Shown here piece by piece: positions 26,946-40,800 of a DNA stretch of 64,000 bases. Below the pieces are notes generated by a model. The model searched no databases. It was not told the origin of the DNA and saw only the letters and a list, made by a program, of their open reading frames with translations. Position 1 is the stretch's first letter. Each line of letters starts with the position of its first letter. The position numbers were made by a program, and so were the translations under genes. This stretch comes from Camelus dromedarius (Eukaryota), in the NCBI RefSeq assembly GCF_036321535.1, contig NC_087437.1, forward strand, positions 50,966,001-51,030,000, in the 5' to 3' direction.

Positions 26946-29900
26946 ACTTAACCCACCCTGATGCTTAATATCCACCCTGACTAGGTATTGATCTTAACTA
27001 TCACAGTTAATTCAACTGCAGCTCACAGTTGAGAGGTTTTCTTTCTCTCTCCTTCACTTATTCACTCAAGGAGCATCTATTAAGCACTTGCCGTGTTCTG
27101 ACTACTATATTAAGCCCTGGGATACAAAGAAGGAAAACAGATAGTCCTTGTATTTAAGTGGAGGTAACATAATGAGACAAGTTTAAGTGTCTTTAATAAA
27201 CATCATGATAAGAGGAAGTCGGGGGTTCCATGACAGGAGAGGCACCAAACACAGCCCTAAAGGGACCAGATTCCTCAGTGGCTCAGTCTCCCTACATCTC
27301 CCCCTCCTCCTACTCCATAGTGTGGGGCTCAGGAACAGAGCCTGTGGCAAAAGAGCTGAATAAATTCTCCCTGTCTTCTCCCAACAGCTCCTCCAACAAG
27401 GTCCCTTTGACTGAAATTATCTTCCTGTTCCACTTCTGAGAACTAACCATAAGGAAATCATGCAGTGGAAGCAAAAATCTATACGCAGAAAGAGGTTCAT
27501 TGCAGAGTTATCAAAAATTGGGTTTTAAAAAAAACCTGGCTGCTACCTAAGTATTCAAAACCAAGGGCGTAGTTGAACAAAGATTAGCACATCTACCAAG
27601 GCACATTACGGAGCAAAAAGATCTGTATAATAGTTCATAAGGAGCACAGAACTCAGAGTCAGATTTTTCTAAGCTCCAGTTTTTAGGCAATATTTCTGAA
27701 TCTCAGTCTTCCCATTTGTAAAATGGGGCTAGCTACTAATAGTTGCTACATCACAGTGCTTTTGTGGAGATTAAATAAGATAATGCAGGTAAAGCACTTA
27801 ACAAACACCTAGAATAGTGCTCAGTAGCTGTTGGCCATTACTGTTATCATTACTAATGAAAAGTCAATGAAAACAGCTAATTGGGTGGACTTAATACACT
27901 ATGGAAAATATTCCTAATACCATGTTAAGAAAAAATACATATAATAGTATGTAAGCAAATTCTGAGCCTGTGAGAAATGTATTTTAAATGTTTAAATAGT
28001 TGTATTGATAGCATAATGGCATTATTAATAATATTTTAATGAAAGATTTCTTTTAACTTTATTGCAAATTTCTTTTTTAAAAATGAAAGGGAGAAATTTA
28101 AAAATTAAACATAAGGGAACACTGGAAGTAACTGTATGCTACGAAACCCAAAAAACATCAAAAATAAATTTTTCCTGGGATTCATGTCTGCAGGGTTAAT
28201 GAGTCTAAATCACCTTCAATTTGAGGAGACATCTTTTTTAGCATACAAAACTCTAACTCATCTCAATATTTAGTAATAACATGCTGATGCAAGCTAGTTC
28301 CAAGCTGCAGGGCAGTGTCTTTGGGACTGCCAAGAGGTGGAAGATCAAGACAGATCAGAGAGAAGGAAATAGAAAGCCACCAACTAAATGTTAATATATG
28401 AGTTTATTTTGCATGTATAGTATTAACTCAATAAGCAAAAACAAGTATGAATAGCTATGGATACACTATAAATAAAAAGAAACAAAAGATTGAAAATATA
28501 TTGTTAACAGTAGCTCTCTGGGTTGAACATAGATGGTATCCAATTTCTTCTTTATCCATTGTGAAGTATTCAACAGTTGGCATGTAATAGTTTTAAATTT
28601 GGAAGAAGGAAACTTTAAAAATTACTCATTTCTTCTTTTTAAAGCAAGGGATTATTAATGAGAATGTAAGAGAGAGTGCAAGCCAGTAATGTCATAAATT
28701 CCCTAGCGCATGTGACTGTTTACTCCCAAAAGTCCCTGAATTGGGAGCTAAAAATAGAAAGATCTGGGGGCTGAATTGGGGGCAGGGGCATCTAATGAGT
28801 CCCACAAGAAGGGCTGTGAGCAGGTTAAACTGAGGTGAAGCCCAGGAGTGGGGTGACTTGGAAGGAGGGGAGGTTGGCTAGGGGCTCTCCCTTAGGAGTC
28901 AGATTGCTGGGAAGGAGGTGCTGGTCCCGGGACCCACCTGGGAAAGGCTTTGTGGAGGGTGTTGCTTTAGGAGTGGGAGAGCTGTTTTAAAGGTTCAGTG
29001 GAGGAACTGAGTTCAGTTAGATCCCAAAGGAAGCAGCTGTGTCCTCCCCAAATCCCATTAGCCTGTCAAGCAGGCTTTTCACTCCCAGAGCTAGAACCTG
29101 ATTTCTGGTTATTTGTGGCCTCTTATAGCCACCCGATTCCCTCCCAAAGAATTCTGTGTGCCCCCAGGAACGTCCTGATTTGGGAGCTCGCTAAACCAAA
29201 AGAACTTTTCCACTGAAGTCCTTTCAATCAAAAATACACAAACTTCCTGTACTTCCAAAACTAGACAGACCTTTAGAAACAGTTTAGCTAAACATCTTCA
29301 TGGTGCTCCTTTTAGAGATGAGAAACCGGGGACCCAAGGGGATTAGGTGATTTGTCCAGGGTTACTGAGTAAGATATGTCAGGGATCCCCAGAATCCTGC
29401 TCTTTTCTGTGCGTTTTTTCCATTAACCAAGCTGCTCCTTGTTAAACAGGAAGAATCTTCCTTTACTAGGATTTGTCAATGCACTGTTATGTCCTGTCCT
29501 AATAGTACTCATCATTATACCCTGACAAAATAATACTTACCATTATGTCCTAACTGAATAATACTTAACATTTATGGAGGCCTATGTGCTCTTTTTATAA
29601 GCAGTCATTTAATTCTCATAATAAGAAGGTATTATTAGATTTCACACAAAGAAGCTGAGCATTGGAGCAGTTAAATAAACCATCTACTGTCACCCTCTTA
29701 GCGGTAGCGGAGTCAGGATCTGAACCCAGTCCATCTGAATCCAAGTTACCTTCTTGAATCTTCATAAAGATACACTGTTGGGTATTTATATACAATGGAA
29801 TATTATTCAGCCTTAAGAAAGAAGGAAATCTTGCCATTTGCAACAACATGGATGAATGTGGAGGACACTATGCTAAGTGAAAGAAGCCAGACACAGAAGG

Positions 29901-30169
29901 ACAAATACTGCATGATCTTACTCGTATGTGGAATCTAAAAAATGTTAATGCTATAGAAGCAGAGAACAGAAGGGTGCTGACAGGGGCTAGGGGGTGGGAA
30001 TGGAAAGATGTGGGTCAAAGGATGTAAAGTTTCAGTTATGCAAAATGAGTAAGTTCTAGAGACCTAATGTACAACAATGTGATTATAGTTAGCAGTATTT
30101 TATTGCATACTTGAAAATTGCTACAAGGGTAGATGTTAAGTGTTCTCACCACATAAAAAAGGAAAATAA

Positions 30170-30579
<410 letters not shown>

Positions 30580-33489
30580 GGGAAAAAAAGAAACCAGTAA
30601 CCATCTGAGATGATAGATGTGTTAACTAGTTTGGCTGTGGTAACCATTTCACAATGTATATGTATACCAAATCACCAAACTGTACACCTTCAATGTATAC
30701 AGTTTTTAATTATCAAATATACCCTAGTAATTTTTTTCATTAAATAAATAAAAATATCTTGGCTGTACAAAAAAAAAAAAAATACCCTGTTGGGACTGGT
30801 CTTTCAAGGATCTGGTTCTCCATTAAACTAAATTCAAAATAAGTAAATATCACAACCACTTTAAAAAAAAAAGTAAATTCAGTACTCCTTAAAGTCTTCT
30901 TATTAGTGACATTGTCTTTTCTTCAATTAAAATGGCAACATTTAAGAATCTTGACATTATATGAGAACCAAATTCCTAAATTGCATTCATTTTAAACACC
31001 TCCACAGAGTTACCAGGATAAGAATTTTTACCCTGAATTTGTTTTTATTTCACCTGACTATGCAAAGTATTATTATGGTGTATTACTATAACATAGCAAT
31101 GATTTGCAACTAAAGGGGGAAAATAAAGGATCCCACGGTAAAATTTCTATGAGCACTGCAAAAAGAGAAAGCTACTCCCTTGTGCTTGTTTTATTTTCCA
31201 TTAATATGGCAATCTTCAAAAGTTTTGCATTACAAAACATCAACTCTGGCATTTGAATAATGAATAAAAAGCAAGGTGCCCTCTGATTCCTTACTCGTGC
31301 TGGGGACAAAGATCATTCGGAGTTCATCCTGAAAAGCATCTAAATTTAGAGATTTGCTACCGGAGCAAAACTTTCATGTACCAGTAATAGAACAAGGCAG
31401 CCTTTTTAAAGTATGTCAGGCATGTGTTTGCGATGCTGTCACAAGCAGGGTCAAGAGTGTCTGTCCCTGTGCGCTGGTGACCTGGGAGCCCTCACTGTTT
31501 TCTAGGCCAGCACAGAGAGATCTGGGGCTGGAAGCGAAGGAGGCTGCAGAACAGTTAACACAGGTGCTTATTTTAATCACATTAGTCAGGCAAGGACTTT
31601 TTAAAACATTTTTTTTAATTTGAGAAGTGTATATATGTGTATAGTTTTGGGGTATTTTTAGTCAAAAACTGACTGAAAGAAGCAGTTCTCCCTCAAACTC
31701 TTTTAGTCCCTTCGTCTGCACCTCAAAGGCAACCATGGTTTAAGATCAGTGGTGTGGCCTTGAGTGTGGATATTTAACTAGCAGAGGCAAACTGCTTTTC
31801 TACATCTTGTGGGCAGTCTCTCTCTCTCTTTTTTCATCTTATAAATGCCCATTGGGAAAGACAAAAGAAATTAGAGGACAGGACCCTGGGAGTGTTCAGA
31901 AAGGCTGGCTTTGGTTTCTAGGTTTTCTAAATCACTCCATTTCTTCAGACTTGTTTATTAATTCTAGATAATAGAGGTTATGTTCTTTTACTCTTCCTTT
32001 CTTTCCTTCTTTCCGTCTCCTAAAGGGAAGGACACAGCTCGGTGGGGAGGGGACAATAATAACAACAGGGATCATTTTGGTTGTTATCGAGCACTTCCTG
32101 TATCCCATGCACTCTATTTTTTTCATTCTCACAACAATTCTATGAGGTGGGTGTTTTTATCCTCATTTTTACAGATGAGAAAACAGAGAAAAATTAAGTA
32201 ATTTACCCAAGGATATACAGCTAGTAAGAAACAAAGCTAAATTTGAACCTAGACTTTTCAAGGCTAAAGCTCTGCTGGAAATACTTAGATTTCAAGTCTT
32301 TATGGGGCGACAGAGATCACAACTGTCAAAGTGTCAAAGTATGTAAGGGAGTGAAAAGTCACACAGTACAGATTAGGGTGGTCCTGGATTAGCAGTGTAT
32401 GGGAATTAGTCTGAGATCTGCATTAAAGCTTTGGGGACATTGCACTGTTCGAAATGGACACTTCAGGCAGAGTATCTGATGAGCACAGCGTCAGGGGAGC
32501 TTACTAAACTGAGAATTCTTGGGCTGGAGATTGGTATGCCAGCCTCAACCAACACAATTTCTTAAGAAATTGGATGGGTTCTTTCAAGAACAGGAGATAC
32601 CTGCTGCAGACATTCATGGACAGGCCCAGCCCTTCCATACCTGCTGAAGGATTACTGGGAGAGCTGCCCATCAAGCAAAAGGGAACCACAGATGGACAAG
32701 ACACAGCCTCAGAAACTACAGGTATTTGAAAGGAGAACAGAGCCAGGGACAGCAGAGGAAGATCAAGTTGGAATCAGTACATACCTCCTAAATGTCACGG
32801 AGCGGCAAGAAACTGGAGATGAAGTCCAAGTCCACTGGGACCAGCAGCAGAATTCCATATGGACACACAGCTGTCTGTGGAACAGGCTGCTGAGCAACCC
32901 TAGGAGTGGGTTATGGTCATATTTTAAACTGGCCTAAGCTTGTGACCAGATGTCATGAGCAGGAGAAGACACTTTCCATATGTGTTCATACCTGAGAGGG
33001 TTTTGCAGCAAGTCATGTGAAAAGGTGCTATGAGGTGTCCCTTGGAGGATCAGGCCTACATAGAGCAGTCAGGGCAGGAGTAATTTATGACAAAATGTTT
33101 CCAAAACTCAGGTTTCTTCTGAGACCAGAGGGGACCCCTGAATTCTCACTACTGAAAAGTAATTAAGAAGAGAGGGAGGTGATATCAGGTGTGCTTGGGG
33201 CAGAAGAATGAAGAGAACAGGGACGGGCATCAAATGTAGGGAAGATACAAGTATGTCTCAGTCCCCTGAAGTCAGAGCCCAGGGCTCGTGGTGATGCCCA
33301 GTCATCCTTACCTGCATCTAGCGTGGCAACTTTGGTCACAAACAGGATCCAAGGCCATTGAGATACTGATTTCTGGCATCTCATTGACTTCAACCTGTGA
33401 AGGATGGTTTCAAAAACAAACCAAGGACTGCCATCCCACTCACCCCACCCCCAGGAGAAGCACTTACTGTTTCAGAAGGAAAAGTTCAA

Positions 33490-33620
33490 GGAAGAGGGTT
33501 TAGCTCAAGTGGTAAAGTGTATGCTTAGCAGACATCAGGTCCTCGGTTCAATCCCTGGTACCTCTTCTAAGAATAAACTAAAAAATCTAATAAATCTCCC
33601 CCTACCAAGAAAAAGAAAAG
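33490..33620 (+). mobile_element. tRNA-derived SINE, vic-1-like, more diverged copy
   Basis: GAGGGTTTAGCTCAAGTGGTAAAG...GGTTCAATCCCTGGTACCTC plus an A-rich tail, similar to the other two copies. Confidence 0.82.
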
Positions 33621-35580
33621 CTGGGGGGGACAGAGCTCACGTTCCAGATGACACTTACCTCCTTTTCCAGATCTCAAAATGGAAATTTTTCCAACTATGT
33701 CTTTCCTTGTTAAACCCTTGTTAAATGCTACCATGTTTGACCCCAAACTTTAGCTAGTCTAGTGGGGCACTGTCTGGGCTGGGGTGAGACAACATTTCTT
33801 GGTAACTACAGAGCCAGAGTCAGACCTCTGTATCCAAAAGAGCTACAGAGAGGTGTCACATCTTCCCGCACCAGAAAAGGGCAGGAAGGGGTGGACCTCA
33901 AGACTGGAGAGGCTCAGGTGCCATGAGCAAATAGTGGATTGTGTTCACTCTTGCCTTCACTCAACACTCTGAGGAGGTATAGTGTAACAGGCTTGCTGAG
34001 CTGTTTAATATGTCTGTGGAGGAAAACAGGATAGGGGTGGAGTGGGCTGAGATAATTTGTTATTTCTGATATTCTATGTCTCTGAAGAATGGAATTCTCT
34101 TGTTTGAAAGGTGATGAGTATGAAAATGCAAATTACTGAAAAAGATTAGGGAGTGGAGAGGTAGAGGGAATTGTCTAGGAAGAAGGTGGCAGAGATTATG
34201 GAAAGGGAGGAGACCCAAGTTTGTGGGTGGAGAGAGGCCCAGAGACAGGGTGTGTGGTGGGAAAAGAGGAAGAGCTGGTACCAAGGGAGGAGCTGAGGTG
34301 AGGGAGCTGAGATATTTAAAGGGAATCGTGGAGTTTTGCAGTATAAGATGCCATGTAATTGTCTCCTTGTGAAATCTTCAGGAAAACAGCCATTCGTCAG
34401 TGCTTTGCAGCTGGGGTTTGTTGCAGGGGAGAAGCGCCAAGTGCTGAGCCCATAGCTGGGCAAAGCACCCCGCTGCTTTCAGGGGCTGGGTATAAGCACA
34501 GTGTGAGTGCCACCTTCTAAAGGGCGTGGAAGGTGTGCACAGCTTCCCAACAGGTGAGGGAGAGAGGAGAGACTCAGAGAAGACCCCACAGTAGAAGGGG
34601 TACCAGAGATGAGCCTTAAAGGATGGCAAATATTCCTACTACAATTAGGGACAGGGGGACTTCAGGTGCAAGAGACCTAGAGCAGAGGCAGGGAGGGTGG
34701 AAAGTGTTCGGTATGTTTGAGTGATGATTTACTATGTCCCAACTGTTGTCTGCGTAGGGAAGAGGAGCAGGCTGGAGAGAGAAAAAGAATGGCTGGAGGA
34801 TCTATGGATGCTTGGCCACCTTCAAATCTTAAAGCTGTCAGGATGCTCTGGAGAGCAAAACAAGGGCTTCCATGTGGTATTGCAAGACAGAATACGGAAC
34901 AATACGCTATATCCCAAAAAGGAGAGGAATAGATCTGAAGACCCTCTGGCTCCGCTCACTCCAAGTAGCTGCCTCCTTCAAATGACAAGCCGACCCAGAC
35001 TGTAAACACTGCATAAAATAAGTCATGTTACAGTCTCACTCAGTTTCAGCAGACTGCCCCTGGACTTGACAGCTCTGCTTCTATTTCAGTACAAGATGAG
35101 GAAAAGGCTGACTGTGGGCATACTTACTGGTTTGAGGGGTCAGCATAACTCTCAGGGTCACTGATTTGTGGGGTAGGCATAACTTCCAGGGTTTACCAAT
35201 GCTGAAACCACCTTTATTCTGGTGGCTGCCTGAGGAGCTCCCAGACCCACTAGGAGGCCCCTGCCTGTCTCCAGGGCTGCTGTCCTGTGGGTCCCCTCAC
35301 TCCCTTCCACTCTCAGAGTTGTGACTGATCACCATGTACTCATCTGCCCCAGGAGAGTCTGAGGACCTTATCCTGCAGGCCAGCCCAAGTGGATCCCAGG
35401 GGGTCTGGTGGCACCTTTTTTCTCTCAAGTCCCCCTAAACTCAAGAAGTAGAGATTACTCCACCAGTTAACAGACACATATTGAACATCTACTATGTGTA
35501 CTGCAACACAAAATGAATAAGACATGATCCTTGACCTCAGGGGTTTCACAGAGTACTCATTTGGGAAAGGCATGCAAATA

Positions 35581-35811
35581 CAGTTGACCCTTAAACAAGG
35601 GCTTGAACTGCACAGATCCACTTATATGTGGGTTTTTTTCAGTAGTAAATACTACAGTACTACACCAGCCAGGTTTGGTTGAATCTGTGCATGTGGAACC
35701 AGGGATACGGAGGACCCGGGTATGTGGAGGACCGACTATAAACTACGCAAGGATTTTCAGCTGCACAGAGGATCAGAGCCTCTAACCCCTGTGTTGTTCA
35801 AGGGTCAGCTG
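35581..35811. mobile_element. Tigger2-like MITE (TcMar DNA transposon)
   Basis: Terminal inverted repeats are CAGTTGACCCTTAAACAA / TTGTTCAAGGGTCAGCTG, with TA on the left flank. Confidence 0.85.
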
Positions 35812-37515
35812 AAAATGTGGGCTGGGAAGGAGGTAAGGACGGGCTGCTGTGGGAAGACAGAAGGGAGATACCTAGCCCAGAGGGCAATGAGGAGGAATAG
35901 AGGGTTTCCTAGAGAAAGGACCCACAGGCTGACTCCTGGAAGGAAGAGCAGGAGCTAGCTGAGTGAATGGGGTGAAGGGAAGGAAGAGGCATAAGAGGCA
36001 TAGGGAACAGGATACAGATGGGAATAGCCTGGAGCAAGAGTACTTTGAGCAACTGTGGGAAGTTCATTGAGGCTGATGTTCAGGCTGCAGAGGTGGGCCC
36101 AAGGGTCCATCCAGAACAACCTTAGAAGTACTGTCAGGGAGTTGGGACTTTATGACAGCAGTGAAGACCTACCAGGTGCTTAGCTGCCTGCCTACTCCAG
36201 GAAAAATGAAAAGCCACCCAAGAAAGGAAGTTGCATGTTGTTTAACTTAGAGTTGAATAATAAATACATAATCTTAATAACATAAACATTAACTATTTAA
36301 CCAGAAATTTATGACATTGGAAGGATGGGGGATAGGGATGACAGCTTCCTTAATAGGAAATAGCCACACATTATACAGAAAGATAAATGTAAATATCAGA
36401 GTAGCTCAAATAGTTGAAAGTGGTTGCTTCTGGAGAATCAAGAATGAGAAGAGTGGGAGACAGGACTACTGTTGTACTACTAGACTTGTAATATTTAGCC
36501 TTGTAAATACACTTTTTAGAAAGATAATTGTGTACCTATATTAATATAAAAAAAGTTATTTTTTTAAAAATCTATGTGTTAACCCCAGCTTCACTGCATA
36601 ATAACTGAGTGACCAGGGCCAACTCTTTATGCTTTCTGTGGCTAAGTTTATTTACCTGTAAAATGGGATAATAACACTATCTTGCTATGTTATTATGAAG
36701 AGTAAAGGATATATGAAAAGTGTCTAGCACTGAGTCTGGAGCTTAATAGAAATTCAATAAATGGTAAGTATTTTCGTTTTTAAAAAACAGATGGAAAAGA
36801 GAACCAAAAAGCATGTCTAAAAGGCCTGGACACAAGCCTTCTATACTATATACACCTCTGATCATAGGAACACACGCCCTTATGTAACAAAGGCATGGCT
36901 ATATTCATAAGGTATGGAAGAAAGAGAAATTATAATTCTGATATCAGAAACCAAAAACTAGTTAAATGTTTCAAAATCTAGAGGTATACTCAACCTTGGA
37001 AAAAATATTTGCAGAAACAAAAAGACAAAATAATGTCCTTTGATGACTCTGCCTCAGAAAACAGGGATTTGCGACAACTTTTTCTGATTTGCATGTACGT
37101 TTAAAATAAAAAGGTAACCCAGGATGATACAAGTGACAGTAACAGATTCACAGAGAAAGCTGGTTTCCCTGTGCCGTCTGGCTACCAGGGTTCAGTCCCT
37201 TTCATTTCTTAGGCCCTCAGATTTTCCGATTGTATATGAAGGAGTCAAATAAAAAGGTCTCTAAACCTAGTCCCAAATTCCAGGGTTCTGAGAATTCTTG
37301 GTTATGTGCTTTTGCCTTGGGACGTGGCAATAAACATACGACTCAGGTCTCTCACTAGCCTCCTAACACGGATGCATTTCCTTAACCTACCTCTGCCTAA
37401 AATAAAGTGTTTCCGAATCAGCATTCCTTGGATTGGATCTCTCACTCCTGGCACCCAAAACCCGCCCTAGAGCGGGAAACCCAAAGCGGCCCTGGCGGCT
37501 ACCCCCAGAATGGGA

Positions 37516-37538
37516 ACTACATCTCCCAGGGTGCCCCG
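37516..37538 (+). promoter_or_regulatory. ZNF143/STAF (SBS) plus THAP11-type ACTACAnnTCCCAG motif
   Basis: ACTACATCTCCCAGGGTGCCCCG matches the extended ACTACAnnTCCCAG promoter motif and lies ~70-90 bp upstream of the presumed TSS. Confidence 0.75.
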
Positions 37539-37558
37539 GGGCAGGGGCGCCCACTCGG

Positions 37559-37608
37559 ATTGGCCAGGGGTCCGTGACGCTCAGTGTTTTGGCCCGGGCG
37601 GTCACATG
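37559..37608. promoter_or_regulatory. Proximal promoter motifs: inverted CCAAT box (37559-37563), CRE/ATF half-site TGACG (37575-37579), E-box GTCACATG (37601-37608)
   Basis: The motifs are read directly from the sequence and their positions are typical of CpG-island promoters. Binding is not demonstrated. Confidence 0.5.
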
Positions 37609-37800
37609 TTTCCTTTGTTGTGAGCTGCGGAGAGACTGGTGGCTCGAGGAGACGCCGGCGCCAGAGAGAGCGCAGCGCCGCCGGCCGCTAAGGGACTGCG
37701 GGGGCCGGCGCTGCAGTCCACTACTGCTGGCCGTTTCCAGCCTTCGTGGAGAGGTACCCGGGGATGACAGCTCCGGGACCGGCCGAAAGACGAGCAACCG
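37600..37800 (+). other. KLHL24: Putative non-coding exon 1 of KLHL24 (5' UTR); TSS and donor position uncertain
   Basis: It lies just downstream of ZNF143, CCAAT and CRE-like motifs in the CpG island and resembles my recollection of the human 5' UTR. Candidate donors follow 37753 (GAG|GTACCC) or 37800. Confidence 0.55.
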
Positions 37801-40800
37801 GCCAGAGCTGGGGGTGGAGGGTCGGCCGAGGTCCCGACCACGGGGGTGTCTGCAAGGGGGAAGCCATCGGCGGCCGGCCTCTCGGAGTCAGACGCGGGGT
37901 CTGAGGAGAGATTGCAGCTGAGGCTGCCGGGCCCCTATCTGGGGCGAGGCGGTCTCCGGGGCCTCCCTGGGAGTCTTCAGCCCCGGTTCCGTAACCACAC
38001 TCTGAAAGGAAGGGCACCCCCGCCTCCTGGCAATGCCGCCCCGGAACCGCGGCGCTGCTGGCGCACCCGCTGGGGGCGGGTTGGGAGGGGCATGGCCGCC
38101 GGGGCCGGGGGTGGCAGGTGTGGGTCACCCTGCCGCCTCGGGGACCCGGGCAGCTGGAGGACAGGGCTGGGGAGATGGATACCGCATGTTGCCGATGGGC
38201 TTCGAACGGGCCGCTGCTTTTTTTTTTTTTTTTTTAATTGAAGGAAGGTCTGAGTATGCGAAAGTCTCAAATAAAGCCTTCCCTTTTGGTGGGAGAGGCC
38301 GTTTAGTTCTGACGGGGAGGACTGACGGGGTCAAGGTGGGTCCCAGGGCTGGGGGCCAGAGAAGCCCCATTAAAGCGGTTGCGAAATATGCTGGGCTCTG
38401 TCACCTGACCGTTACGCCCGCCCCCACCGCCCGCGAGCCTTTGTTTACCACCGCTCGCCGCGGGGCCCGCGCCGGGAGCCCGGCCCTGGAACGACAGTCC
38501 CCGGGGAGCTGAGGCGGGCGGGGTAGCGGGCGTTCCGCCGGCTGAGTCCCAGCCTAACCACCCCACCTTCCCACCACTCCAGGCCTTGGTTTCTTAATTT
38601 AGTTCCTAATGGCCCCGCCTCCAGGTCCTGTACAGTCGGAGCGAAGACTGTTAACACAGCGGGGATTGGGGGCCTGCGGCGGCTTGCAGGCGGGACGACG
38701 GGGCGAGCTTCGAGTGTTTATTGGCGGGTGTCTTGTCGCTAGGTGGACTTGCCCTAGCAGTTCTTCCCCGCCCCCTTGAAGGTGATCTGGAGGACGCGCG
38801 AGAGCGCGCGCTCGCCTCTCGCGCAGCTGCTGCCGGAGTGGAGCCGGCGGCGCGCGCTCCCGCTCTGGAGGATTCGAGCGCAAGGCCCAGCAGCCCGGAC
38901 ATCCTTTGGTGGCCTCCGCGGCTTCTGCCTGAGTGTGTAGGCAGTTCTGGGGTCCGCAGCGGACCGCAGCCGCGGCCGGCCTTCGGAGGACCGGCAGATT
39001 AGCCCTCTTTAACTCGTGTGGCCTCATCTGCCCAGATAGTGGAAGAAAGTCCTCAGGCGAATTAGTTACTGCCTGTTCGGTAAACAAAGTTTAAATAGCT
39101 AAATAAGGCCTCTAACGCTGCATATTAGAGTGCCTCACAGTCACCTCTGAGGCAGTGACTAGTAACAGTTCATTCTAGTGGATTTTAATAATTAATCACT
39201 TGCTCTCTTGAGCAGCCTTTTAAAATCGTGTCTTAATATTTGCAGTTACAGACTTTAGATCCACCAGGTGAGGTTGGTTTTTATTAAAGACTAGGATGTA
39301 AAATTAGAATTGTATTTTTAAAAGAAATACCTTGAAGATATCCTGAAAAAATAAGATTCTTACATACTCTGGTTTAGATGAGTTGTTTCCTTGTTTGAGG
39401 GATTATAGCTCACTCTTCTATGACAGTAACAAAATCTGTATGAACAATCATTTTAGTCATAGTGTGTTGAAGATTTTCCTAATCTCTTAAATTAATAGGG
39501 TGCTTGGGTTTTGTGAGATTTCCTTTTCCTTATAAATCTGTAGGTATTCATCCAAGACAATGCATCTCTGTAGCAGGTAGATTGTGCTCCCTGGCCGAAG
39601 CAGGAATTGAATATGAACAGTTCTCATTGGTTATGCATTCTTAATTTATTTTTAAAATTGAAGTTGGGATGACTACAGCAGAAGGAGCAACTTCTGTGAT
39701 CCCAGACTGTCTCATCGCTTGTGCATTGAAGGCATATAGTGTTTCTAAATAAGTACAAGATGCAAACCTCTAACCTTTTAAAAAAAATAAAACCACTGCT
39801 CATAAGCCTGCTTGTCCAGACAAAGCCTGTGACTTGCAGTTATTTTTGTGTATACTTTTCTCTTACCTAGGAATTTGGGACACTTTTTTTCAATAAATAT
39901 TTAGGTATGGACTGTATAATGAAAAATATAAATAAAACATCCTCATAATGTATTCTCATAAATATGTGAAATGTATAAGTATATACAAATTATGTTTCTG
40001 TTGTGGCTGAAACAGAGTATGTGGCTCCTTGACCACTGTTGACATTTTAAAACCCATATTCTTTCTCCTGTTAAAAACGCAATAGCTAAAGTAGCTTTTT
40101 AAAATTAAACAATTTGTTACTCTTCCTAAATTCATCACCCAGGGGCTACAACTTTTCAGCATTTGGTAAATCTTAAAGTCTACTAAACTGATGTTTAAAG
40201 GTGATTAGGCTTTGCTCTTTACTCAATGGTTTCTAAAACTCACTTCTGTACATAATTTGTGTTACCACTAAGGTAAATAAAGATCACTGACTTACAAGTG
40301 CTTTTATACATAGGGAAGTCATCTAAAATACTAGATTTCAAACTTGTCAAGTGGCACAGAACTGGGTAGTGTTCTTGCATATTTAATTAATTCTAGTAAG
40401 AGAACCAAAACCTATTCTGCTAAAAGAAATGATACTATATTATATATCTATAGGTCTTAAGATTTTAAAATAAAACAATGTATTAAATACCTAAAAGAAA
40501 CATGTTTCTAGTAGGATGAAACCAAAGGACATTAAGTTTAGGTGTCAAGTAGATTCAGTAGGGCTGCCTTATACCAGGTGTTAATTCTTGTGATTAACTT
40601 TTTCTTCCTCTAGGGGTTGGGGAGTATTAGTAGCTAAAAGTTTTAAAGCAAGGGAGAGAAACACTGAATGGAGAAATTCAAAATTTCTGTTCTGAGATTT
40701 AGGAGAAGACATTCTTTTTTTACTTATAGAACCATAATAATTTAGTCTGACACATAGTTTAAGCACTCCTAAACTTTCATTGTCAGATACCTCTTACTTC

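Larger units (their letters stand above)
37440..39010. promoter_or_regulatory. CpG island / KLHL24 promoter
   Basis: There is an abrupt switch to very GC- and CpG-rich sequence within otherwise CpG-depleted DNA, about 8.6 kb upstream of the first coding exon. Confidence 0.95.

Noticed and set aside
37387..39087. Many overlapping 70-160 aa ORFs on both strands
   Set aside because: These are expected in a GC-rich CpG island where stop codons are rare. They are Arg/Pro/Gly/Ala-rich with no recognisable domain.
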